This document shows, one piece after another, positions 16,230 through 24,076 of a stretch of 24,076 nucleotides of DNA. Under the pieces are notes generated by a model. It saw only the letters and a list, made by a program, of their open reading frames with translations. It ran no database searches and had not been told where the DNA came from. Numbering within the stretch: position 1 is the stretch's first letter; each line of letters begins with the position of its first letter. The position numbers were made by a program, and so were the translations under genes. The DNA is from a virus. Taxonomy: Duplodnaviria > Caudoviricetes. The stretch lies in the IMG/VR virus record IMGVR_UViG_3300016659_000131, positions 1 to 24,076 of that record. The stretch is one strand, 5' to 3'.

Positions 16230-18752
16230 ATGGCTCCATCGTGGACCGACTTTTTCAAATTGTTCAGCTATGCGTCTGAGCCAGACCCTCTTTCTCGTCG
16301 CAATGACCCAAGGCAGTTTACCTCTGCTGGTGTAAGCCAACCAGAGGCACTCGGGGCTGATATCAATAGCGCACAAGTCAGCGGCGGCATGTCTAGCTAT
16401 CGTCAGACCAATGACATGATTGACACAACTACGCTGTCAAATCGTGCCATGCGTTATAAAGAGTACGAACGACTTCGTAATGTGCCAGAAATTGAAATGG
16501 CCATGACGGTTTTTTCCGATGAAGCCTGCGTTGCCGGTAATACCAAAATAGCAACTCCATTCGGTTTTGTAACAATAAAAGAACTAGCAGACAAAAGAGC
16601 CGATGAAAGATTTCTCGTTTATTGCTATGATTTTGAAAAAAATGACTACACCATCGGCTGGGGATTTGCACCTCGTTTAGTCAAAAAAGCCCGAACAGTA
16701 AGAATTGTACTCGATAATGGCAGCACCATCACAGCAACGCCTGATCATAAAGTCCTAAAACGAGACGGAACTTGGGTCGAAGCTGGCGAAATACAATTCG
16801 GCGACGAACTCATGCCATTCTATCGAATCCCGGCAAATCAACGATTAACCAAAATGAAAGTCAATCAATTCCCAAGAATTATGACCTTCAATAAAGGCTG
16901 GATTCACGAAAAACAATTCATAGATGACTGGCGCACCGGCAAAACAAATCCGTTTTATGAAAAAGTAAATCTTGCTTGCAGATTACTTGGCAGCGGATTG
17001 TCCACAAGAAAAACCATGCAGCAAATGGGTCACGATTGGCACTCCATCGAAGATTGGATTCATAAAGAAGGATTTTCCTACCGTGAAATAAAAAGACTTC
17101 ATTGGAAATATGAAGACCGAAGAAGAGTCGTTGATGTTTCAAAAGGACCGGAAATGGATGTTTATGACATTTCCGTCGAAAAACATAAATGCTTTGCTAC
17201 AGACTCCGTAATTCTTCACAACTGCCAAAGAGACGAAAACGGCAACATATTTAAAATTACCACGGAAAACCAAGATGTAAAAGAAGAAATTGAATGGCTT
17301 TTCCTCAATAGAAAAATGCTCAATTTCAATCGGCATGGCTGGGCATGGTTCAAAAACTTATGCATATTTGGCGACTTATTTGTTGAAATCGTAATCAATC
17401 CTGACAACCCCAAGGAAGGCATCTATCGTTGTGTTCATCTTCCAGCCGAAACAATGTACCGCATCGAAACAGTCAAAAATCGTCTCATTGAATTCCAACA
17501 AAGCAAGGAAGGTCCAGACTATCAAGCAATTGTCCGTGGCTCTGTCACAGATATGACCGATTCAGAAATAGCTCAAAGCACAGCAATTAGATTTGCACCA
17601 AGCCAGATAGTCCATTTCAGAATAGGTGACGATAGAAAGACATTCTATCCATATGGTCAAAGCCTTATCGAACCCGCCCGTGCTCCAGCCCACAGTCTTC
17701 GACTTATGGAAGATGCAATGGTCGTTTATCGACTAGTTCGAGCGCCTGAACGCAGAGTTTTTTATATTGATGTGGGTCAACTTCCACCATTCAAGGCTGA
17801 AGCATTTATTGATCGATTAAAAGATCAATTCCGCAAAAGAAAAATTACAAGTAACAGCGGCAGTCCCGGCGCAAACCAAGTAGAAGAACGCTGGATGCCA
17901 CCCGCTCAAGATGAAGACTACTGGTTACCTATTCGACCAAATAGCAACACCAGAATCGATACTTTGCCGGGAGCCGAAAATCTCGGCGAAATCGATGATG
18001 CAGTATATTTCCGAAATAAACTTCTTACTGCACTTAACTTCCCCAAGAATTATTTCAATAACGAAGACCCCGGTGTAACAAGAATCAGCTTGTCTGCCCA
18101 AGATGTTAAATTTGCCAGAATGATCGAAAGACTTCAAAGTCATTTTGAAGATGGATTATTAGAAATCGCAGAGAGACATTTGGCTCTCAGGGGTTTCCCT
18201 GAAGAATCCTATCGTGATCTTAGAGTCAAAATGACACCACCTAGCGATTGGCGTGAACTTTCCCGTGCTGAAGTTGTAAACACCCGTTATGGCAACGCTG
18301 GTACTCTCAAAAGCAGTCAGTTAATGTCGGATTTTGACATTATGACTAAAATATTGAAATATAACGAGGACGAAACCGAAGAAATCCTCGCCCGACTCAA
18401 AATACAAAAACTTGAAGACTTAAAATTGCAAGTTATTTCGCAAAACCCACAACTTCTCGGTGTCGGCATCCCCGGTCAACCAGAAGAAGCAGGAAAAGAA
18501 CTCGGCGCAGAAGCTGGTGGACCCTCAGCAATGCCCGAACCCGGTATGGGAGAACCACCACCACCAGCAGGCGAAGCAGGCAGCGAATTGCCGGAACCAA
18601 CTGAAGTTCCAGCAGAAAAGACTACCGCAGCAGAGCCATCAGAAATGGAAGAACCAAACGAAAAAGATATTAAAAAATATGATCTTGAAATCCAAAATTA
18701 TGACTTGGAATCAGATGCAGAAAACATCGACTTTAGCGTGGGTGACGAATGA
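16230..18752 (+). CDS. gp20: Portal protein (T4 gp20-like), intein-containing
   Basis: PEIEMAM..FSDEA, LRLMEDAMVVYRLVRAPERRVFYIDVGQLP, EDYWLP, IDTLPGAENLGEIDDAVYF, DVKFARMIERLQ; acidic Pro-rich C-tail. Confidence 0.95.
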   Translation: MAPSWTDFFKLFSYASEPDPLSRRNDPRQFTSAGVSQPEALGADINSAQVSGGMSSYRQTNDMIDTTTLSNRAMRYKEYERLRNVPEIEMAMTVFSDEACVAGNTKIATPFGFVTIKELADKRADERFLVYCYDFEKNDYTIGWGFAPRLVKKARTVRIVLDNGSTITATPDHKVLKRDGTWVEAGEIQFGDELMPFYRIPANQRLTKMKVNQFPRIMTFNKGWIHEKQFIDDWRTGKTNPFYEKVNLACRLLGSGLSTRKTMQQMGHDWHSIEDWIHKEGFSYREIKRLHWKYEDRRRVVDVSKGPEMDVYDISVEKHKCFATDSVILHNCQRDENGNIFKITTENQDVKEEIEWLFLNRKMLNFNRHGWAWFKNLCIFGDLFVEIVINPDNPKEGIYRCVHLPAETMYRIETVKNRLIEFQQSKEGPDYQAIVRGSVTDMTDSEIAQSTAIRFAPSQIVHFRIGDDRKTFYPYGQSLIEPARAPAHSLRLMEDAMVVYRLVRAPERRVFYIDVGQLPPFKAEAFIDRLKDQFRKRKITSNSGSPGANQVEERWMPPAQDEDYWLPIRPNSNTRIDTLPGAENLGEIDDAVYFRNKLLTALNFPKNYFNNEDPGVTRISLSAQDVKFARMIERLQSHFEDGLLEIAERHLALRGFPEESYRDLRVKMTPPSDWRELSRAEVVNTRYGNAGTLKSSQLMSDFDIMTKILKYNEDETEEILARLKIQKLEDLKLQVISQNPQLLGVGIPGQPEEAGKELGAEAGGPSAMPEPGMGEPPPPAGEAGSELPEPTEVPAEKTTAAEPSEMEEPNEKDIKKYDLEIQNYDLESDAENIDFSVGDE
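16527..17222 (+). mobile_element. Intein in portal (232 aa, residues 100-331)
   Basis: Block A CVAGNTKI, block B TATPDHKV, block F VYDISV, block G ILHN followed by +1 Cys; flanks FSDEA|...|CQRDENG. Confidence 0.95.
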
Positions 18753-19000
18753 TAAATTTGGCTCAATTGCCTAATCTATTTTTCAAAAACCGCAAATTTT
18801 TGGACAGTTCCACAATTGCAGGTTGTGTCAAATGCTGCTTGACCATTCAATCAAAAGAAATAATATCATTTACAGACAAGGAACAAACCTGCATATGCCC
18901 CAAATGTGGCCATGATACTATCATTTTTGACAATATGGAATTTGCAATCAATGAAAATTCTCTAAAAAAAGCAAATAATTATTTATTTAAGAAAAATTAA
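18749..19000 (+). CDS. Small Cys-rich (CxxC..CxxC) putative zinc-binding protein
   Basis: GCVKC...QTCICPKCGHDTII resembles a widespread bacterial hypothetical family; overlaps the portal stop codon. Confidence 0.7.
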   Translation: MINLAQLPNLFFKNRKFLDSSTIAGCVKCCLTIQSKEIISFTDKEQTCICPKCGHDTIIFDNMEFAINENSLKKANNYLFKKN

Positions 19001-19344
19001 CCCAGATTAAAACCATCAGCAGCAGGCGGTCTGATCTGTTCACCCTCTTCTTTACCTGATCGATCACCCAAACCCTTGTCGGTAAATCCACCATTCATTT
19101 TCTTCTTGATGTCAAGGAAGGCATCAAGGTTGTGTTTATTCAATATTTCTCGGATATCTGGGTCCATTCTTTGTTGATTTAGAAAAGCAACAATCATTTC
19201 CGGCTTGGTTTTTAACAAATGTTTCAAAGCCATGACCGCAATCGCTGTATTGTCGGCATCTTGATGTTTTTGATCCGGCTTTTTCTCTGCAATGTATGAG
19301 GGAGCATCCTCGTTTAAAGCAAGATATTCCATAAATGTTTTCAT
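18997..19344 (-). CDS. Candidate internal head protein with capsid-targeting-like N-terminus
   Basis: MKTFMEYLALNE resembles the T4 IP capsid-targeting sequence; SD GAGG. Confidence 0.7.
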   Translation of the reverse strand: MKTFMEYLALNEDAPSYIAEKKPDQKHQDADNTAIAVMALKHLLKTKPEMIVAFLNQQRMDPDIREILNKHNLDAFLDIKKKMNGGFTDKGLGDRSGKEEGEQIRPPAADGFNLG

Positions 19345-19377
19345 TTATTTCCTCAAATTCTCGTTCTATTGCATACT

Positions 19378-19386
19378 TATATACTA
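19378..19386. promoter_or_regulatory. TATATACTA motif upstream of the head operon
   Basis: In the divergent gap between 19344(-) and 19509(+). Confidence 0.6.
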
Positions 19387-19508
19387 GGCAGGTGTGAATT
19401 TAAACATACGGCTGCAAAAATGGAGCATGAAGTATACATACTCTCATTAGCAAGCACCGTCAAGAATGTATGATTTGTAATTTAACCAGATCAGGGAGTT
19501 AATAGATT

Positions 19509-21341
19509 ATGAAGAGAAAACTAATTAGCTTCGATGCTTTTAGAAAAATCGAAGAATCATCATTTACAAACGCAGAAAACGAATTGATCCAAGCAGAGGA
19601 AGTGCTTGCAAAAACTCTGGGTGTTGAACAACTAAATCTACACTCTTTCGGTGAATCAGATGTCACCTATCAAACCAACGATGGCAACTTCGTCCATGCA
19701 GTCTACACCATCGACAAAGACAAAGTCATCCTCGAAAATATCCAAATGCTTGTTATTGATGAGCAAACAGAAAAGAAAGCAGCAAGGAAAGTGATCAGCG
19801 ACATGCTTGATTCAATCCTTGAAAACAAGGACAAAAAAGCCAATGAACTTTTTGAGTCATACATGAATATGCCCTCAATCAAGCGTGAAATAAACGAAGC
19901 AGTCAGCATCGGTGGCTTCAAGCTCACAGTCAGCAAGCCCAAAGGACTTCGCAAGCCTTCCAAGCTCAAGGGAAGACACCAAAATCCCGCAGATGTCAAG
20001 AGGCGCATTGAATCCCGCATGAAAACCCTTCGTGGTCTCTCTACAGCAAAGAAGCAAACTGTCCGTGAAAAGGCTCGTAAAATTGCTGGTGCAGGACAAA
20101 AGAGAGTCTATGCACGCAAGATTAAGCCAAGTGCCATGAAAGAATGGCTCAATATGTGCGAAAATGTCATCGGATACCTTGATTTCAAGGCGACAGGATC
20201 ACTCCTTCGTGAATCCACCATGAAAACCGATAGCCAAGGCAATGTTGTCGCAGTCGCAATCCCAACCATTCAAAAGCGTAACGAAGGCAAAGTCCTTGAC
20301 ATGGGTCTTCAGACCATCGACAGCACAAGCAAAGTTCTTCGTGGCAAAATGAAGAAGATTCACGAAGACCAAAACTTCGTCAAGGCTATGGCTGACCTCA
20401 AGCGTTATAACAATATTAGCGATAGCTCCGCTCTTGAGGAAACCCTTGAAGCCATCATCAGCCGCTGGCCAGATGTTCTCTATGTCACCGAAAGCGAACT
20501 TGCCGAACAAATCGCAGTCGCTCTTGAAACAGCAGGCGTTAAAAATTATGACGATGCAACCTGTGCATTCATGGCAGAAGCAATTCTTCGCTCCGCTCAC
20601 AACGCCTACACCGAACGAGTCCGCAAGATCGCAACCCTTGCTGGCGCAAAAAACGATGTGACATCCGAGTGCGAATCATGCTCAGATGCCTACAAGGATT
20701 TCGCCGAAGTCGCAGACCTAGCATTTGCACAAATTGACGAAAGCACCGAAAACGAATTCAGAATTTTCTCTGATCTTTATAACGCTCTGCTTGAAGTTCA
20801 TCGTGTCGCTGCTGAAATTGGCGACGAAGCAACTAGAATCGACGCTGCCGACTTCATGCAGGAATGTAGCGCAATTCTCAACAACAGGGCGGATGTTGAT
20901 CTCAGTCTCGCAGAAGCAATTGCTGATTACCTCGCTGATCTTCTTGAAGCAGCAGGCGAAGGCGATGCCGGAATCGATGCAAAACCTGAAATTAGCGTCG
21001 GCGGCGACCACAGCATGACCAAATACAACGCAAAACAAGCAGCAGTATCCAGCAACAATACCGGTAGCTGGAAGGACGCTGCTCCTGTTAGCGATGGCAA
21101 AGATTACGACAAGGGTCTTGCAGACGAAATGGGAAATGACGGTTTCAGCAACATCGCTTCAGGCGACACTTGGCCAGACATGAAGAACCCTTATGTCCCC
21201 AAGTCCATGATGTACAAGATGAAAGAAAAGTCAGTTTTTGACGATTCAGAAGACCTTGGAACCATGTCTTCCGGCGACACTTGGCCAAATCTCAAGAATC
21301 CTATGGCTCCCAAGCCTGTTATGCCAAAACCAGTTGTCTAA
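19509..21341 (+). CDS. Large prohead core-like protein (gp67/gp68 position)
   Basis: Lies between portal and prohead protease; has a gp67-like helix, a basic segment, an acidic C-half and a C-terminal repeat; high-expression codon style. Confidence 0.6.
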   Translation: MKRKLISFDAFRKIEESSFTNAENELIQAEEVLAKTLGVEQLNLHSFGESDVTYQTNDGNFVHAVYTIDKDKVILENIQMLVIDEQTEKKAARKVISDMLDSILENKDKKANELFESYMNMPSIKREINEAVSIGGFKLTVSKPKGLRKPSKLKGRHQNPADVKRRIESRMKTLRGLSTAKKQTVREKARKIAGAGQKRVYARKIKPSAMKEWLNMCENVIGYLDFKATGSLLRESTMKTDSQGNVVAVAIPTIQKRNEGKVLDMGLQTIDSTSKVLRGKMKKIHEDQNFVKAMADLKRYNNISDSSALEETLEAIISRWPDVLYVTESELAEQIAVALETAGVKNYDDATCAFMAEAILRSAHNAYTERVRKIATLAGAKNDVTSECESCSDAYKDFAEVADLAFAQIDESTENEFRIFSDLYNALLEVHRVAAEIGDEATRIDAADFMQECSAILNNRADVDLSLAEAIADYLADLLEAAGEGDAGIDAKPEISVGGDHSMTKYNAKQAAVSSNNTGSWKDAAPVSDGKDYDKGLADEMGNDGFSNIASGDTWPDMKNPYVPKSMMYKMKEKSVFDDSEDLGTMSSGDTWPNLKNPMAPKPVMPKPVV

Positions 21342-21354
21342 GTAAAGGAGTTCA

Positions 21355-22038
21355 ATGGAAAACCAATTTCTGCTGGTTGATTGCTGCAACAACGGCGGAT
21401 TTACCATGAATATGAACGAGTCAGTCTCCGATAGGGGACTGACTAAATTCCGAGGTAAATTCCAAGAAGCTGAAGCCGTCAACAAAAATAAAAGAATCTA
21501 TCCTTATGCTGTTCTTGACGAAAATGTCAAAAAGCTTATGCCAATTATCCAAAATCGTGGTCTTATCGGCGAATTAGACCATCCAACAGACTCTATAATT
21601 CATTTTGAGAAATGCTCTCACATCGTTACTAAACTATGGTGGGAGGGTAATAACCTGATGGGAGAAGGAGAAATCCTTAATACCCCTCATGGAAAAATTC
21701 TCAAAGCACTACTGAATGACGGCGTTCGTGTCGGCATCTCTAGCCGAGGCGTTGGAAATGGAAGAAGCGACGAGAATGGAATTTTAGTGATTGGTGAAAG
21801 CTACAAACTCATCACCTTTGATGCCGTAGCAGACCCAAGCACTCATTCGGCATTTCAGGAGAAATTGTCGAGTGGCAAGAAAGAAAATTATTCACCTCAT
21901 CCTGCCCAAGAATTTCCGAAAAATTCGGTAAAAAACGAAAGCAGCAGCATACATAAGGTTAACAAAGAAGCCTTATTGGCATGTTTAGGTGGAATAATCG
22001 AACAACAAACAAGAAAAATCACAGCGAGGTTAGGCTAA
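21355..22038 (+). CDS. gp21: Prohead core protease (T4 gp21-like)
   Basis: NKNKRIYP, GELDHP, GISSRGVG and FDAVADPS motifs; SD AAGGAG. Confidence 0.95.
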   Translation: MENQFLLVDCCNNGGFTMNMNESVSDRGLTKFRGKFQEAEAVNKNKRIYPYAVLDENVKKLMPIIQNRGLIGELDHPTDSIIHFEKCSHIVTKLWWEGNNLMGEGEILNTPHGKILKALLNDGVRVGISSRGVGNGRSDENGILVIGESYKLITFDAVADPSTHSAFQEKLSSGKKENYSPHPAQEFPKNSVKNESSSIHKVNKEALLACLGGIIEQQTRKITARLG

Positions 22039-22934
22039 TGGATAAGATCGTAGATGCACTTAAGAAACTATTGCCCCAAAGCGAAGTCAATGAGGTTGCG
22101 GAAGCCGTCAGCGAACTGCTTGAACAAGCCAAGGCGAACCTTGAGTCTGAATACAACCAGAAGCTTGAGGAAGCTTATGCCGAACTCACCAGCGAACTTT
22201 CCGAAGCAGAGAAAGTTGCAGAGCAGGGCTACGAGGAAGCATACTCAATCATCGGCGATCTTCGCAGCCGTCTTGAACTCCAAGGCGAAGAATACAAATC
22301 TGCCCTCAACGATGGCTACGAAGAAGCTTATCAAATGTTGAAGGCAGAGCGTGAAAAGAACCAAAATCTTGAAGTTGAAATGTACGAGGAATACGACTCC
22401 AAACTCGTAGCCATGAAAGAATACATGGTTGACAAGATTAGCGACTTCCTCTCAATCAAAGGTCAAGAAATTTACGAACAAGCTCGTCGTGATGTTCTTA
22501 ACGATCCCCGTCTTGCCGAACACAAGGTCGCACTCGACAAGATCGTTAACATTGCTTCGAACTATCTTTCCGACGACACCCTCGCATCAGCAAACACCGA
22601 AAAGCTACAGGAAACTTCCAAGCAGCTTGACGAGGTTAAAGCTCAATTGCGTATTCTTGAAGCCCGTAACATCCGTCTCAGCACCGAAAACACCAAGCTG
22701 AACGAGAGCGTTCGCCAAGCCCAAGAACTCATCAGCGAAAGCCGCAAGTTTGTCACAAAGGAAAAGAAATACGCTGTCATCAGCGAACAGAAAGAAAGAG
22801 TTGAGAAAGCAAAGAATGTAACGGGGAGAGGCAATACATCCAGCGACAATGTTGTGATCTCTGAATACAACGCTTCCGCTGGTTCTGACATGGATCAACT
22901 GTTGGTCTTGTCGGGTCTGAAACAAACCAAGTAA
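22038..22934 (+). CDS. gp22: Prohead core scaffold protein (gp22-like)
   Basis: Glu-rich coiled coil between the protease and capsid genes; MVDKISDFL segment; TAATG coupling to gp21. Confidence 0.8.
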   Translation: MDKIVDALKKLLPQSEVNEVAEAVSELLEQAKANLESEYNQKLEEAYAELTSELSEAEKVAEQGYEEAYSIIGDLRSRLELQGEEYKSALNDGYEEAYQMLKAEREKNQNLEVEMYEEYDSKLVAMKEYMVDKISDFLSIKGQEIYEQARRDVLNDPRLAEHKVALDKIVNIASNYLSDDTLASANTEKLQETSKQLDEVKAQLRILEARNIRLSTENTKLNESVRQAQELISESRKFVTKEKKYAVISEQKERVEKAKNVTGRGNTSSDNVVISEYNASAGSDMDQLLVLSGLKQTK

Positions 22935-22968
22935 ATTTTACTCCTTTTAGCTAAAGAATAGGAACTTT

Positions 22969-24076
22969 ATGAACGCAAACTCAAGATTTTTGAACGAGGC
23001 TAGGGAGCTAGAAACTCGTTGGAAGCAGACCGGTCTCCTCGAAGGCATTCAGGACCGATATGTCCGCTCCGCAACCGCAGTTCTGCTCGAAAACCAAAGA
23101 CTGATGAACGAAGTCAGCACCGATACTGGCGATGTCGCCCAGTTCAAGAGAATTTCAATTCCCCTTGTTCGTCGTATCTACCCACAGCTTATCGCCAACA
23201 AGATCGTATCCGTCCAGCCTTTGCTTGGCCCCACCGGTCTTGTCTATTATCTCCGCTTCCGCTACTCCAGCAACAAGGGCGCTACCCGTGGCGCTGACAA
23301 CATCGGCGGTTTCCCCGGTGATGATGCCAACTCATTGATGCAGAAGGCTGACGGTACTGCTAATCTTGACATTTTTTACTCAAGCCAGTTCGTTCAGAAC
23401 GAAACAACCAGCACTGACGCTGGCGCAGGCGTTTTGAGCGTATTCTCACCTCTTGAACACACTCCAATCCTCCCCGGCACAATTACCGGCACTATTTATG
23501 ATGGTTCTACTGCTATCCAGACCTTCACGGTTTCTGCTGGCGGCGTTTTCACCTTCAACGATATCGGCGTTCCTGAGCCTAAAGTTACCGCTGGTACTCT
23601 TAATACCACTACTGGCGAACTAACCCTTACTTGGAACGGCGCTCCCGGTCCAAATCACGCTGTCGTCTCCTATGAGATGAACATGGAGTGCAATCAAGAC
23701 CTTCCTGAGATCAACCTTGTCGTTGAATCAGAAGAAATCGCTGCTAAGACCCGTAAGCTCAAGGCTGTTTGGTCTTATGAAGCACAGCAAGACCTCCGCT
23801 CACAGCACAATCTTGATGCTGAAGCCGAGTTGACCGCTGTTCTCGCTCAGGAAATCAACCTCGAAATCGACCGTGAAGTCCTCACCGACCTCCGTAACAA
23901 CGCAGGCACCGTGTCCGCTTGGGACTTCAACACCGCTCTTGGCGAAACCATCAAGGAAAAGTACGAAAGCCTTTATGTTAAGGTTGTCGAAATTTCCAAT
24001 GTCATCCATAGGAAGACTCTCCGTGGTGGCGCTAACTGGATCGTGACCAGCCCAGAAGTTGCTTCAATCTTTGAAA
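22969..24076 (+). CDS. gp23: Major capsid protein (T4 gp23-like), 3' end beyond window
   Basis: Manual translation: RWKQTGLLEG, AVLLENQ, IPLVRRIYPQLIANKIVSVQPLLGPTGLVY, KTRKLKAVWSYEAQQDLRSQHNLDAEAELT, EIDREV, RGGANWIVTSPEV; open to the window end. Confidence 0.97.
   Translation, partial: MNANSRFLNEARELETRWKQTGLLEGIQDRYVRSATAVLLENQRLMNEVSTDTGDVAQFKRISIPLVRRIYPQLIANKIVSVQPLLGPTGLVYYLRFRYSSNKGATRGADNIGGFPGDDANSLMQKADGTANLDIFYSSQFVQNETTSTDAGAGVLSVFSPLEHTPILPGTITGTIYDGSTAIQTFTVSAGGVFTFNDIGVPEPKVTAGTLNTTTGELTLTWNGAPGPNHAVVSYEMNMECNQDLPEINLVVESEEIAAKTRKLKAVWSYEAQQDLRSQHNLDAEAELTAVLAQEINLEIDREVLTDLRNNAGTVSAWDFNTALGETIKEKYESLYVKVVEISNVIHRKTLRGGANWIVTSPEVASIFE

Noticed and set aside
19703-24009. Many short antisense and alternate-frame ORFs over the head operon
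   Set aside because: By-products of biased codon usage in the real genes; no SDs or motifs.
1-24076. Stop-codon recoding as seen in some jumbo phages
   Set aside because: Conserved genes are full length in code 11, and TAA, TAG and TGA all end genes at sensible places.
22969-24076. Capsid gene apparently missing or broken in the ORF track
   Set aside because: Manual translation shows an uninterrupted frame that lacks a stop only because the window ends.
1-24076. tRNA, rRNA, integrase or transposase
   Set aside because: None recognisable; intergenic gaps are mostly too short and show no cloverleaf motifs.

Overview
This window is a fragment of a large T4-like (probably jumbo) tailed phage genome that uses the standard genetic code. 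It holds the DNA-packaging and head module: terminase large subunit (- strand, 3457-5346), an intein-containing gp20-like portal, a 610-aa prohead-core candidate, gp21-like prohead protease, gp22-like scaffold and a gp23-like major capsid protein that starts at 22969 and runs off the window (absent from the ORF track). Around and between the terminase and portal lies a strand-switching accessory region. It encodes five unrelated peptidases: a trypsin-like S1 serine protease (1-676, also absent from the track), an M28 aminopeptidase, an M4/M36-type gluzincin, a C39-like cysteine peptidase and an M14 carboxypeptidase. Four of them have N-terminal export or anchor signals. The region also has a lipoprotein, a sulfotransferase-like protein, a ferritin-like protein, a 2H phosphoesterase (Acb1/gp57B-like), a WYL-like protein and a poly-acidic protein. 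A palindromic TATATA motif sits in 5 of 7 divergent intergenic gaps and upstream of all five peptidases. All calls come from manual translation and motif recognition; no database searches were run.
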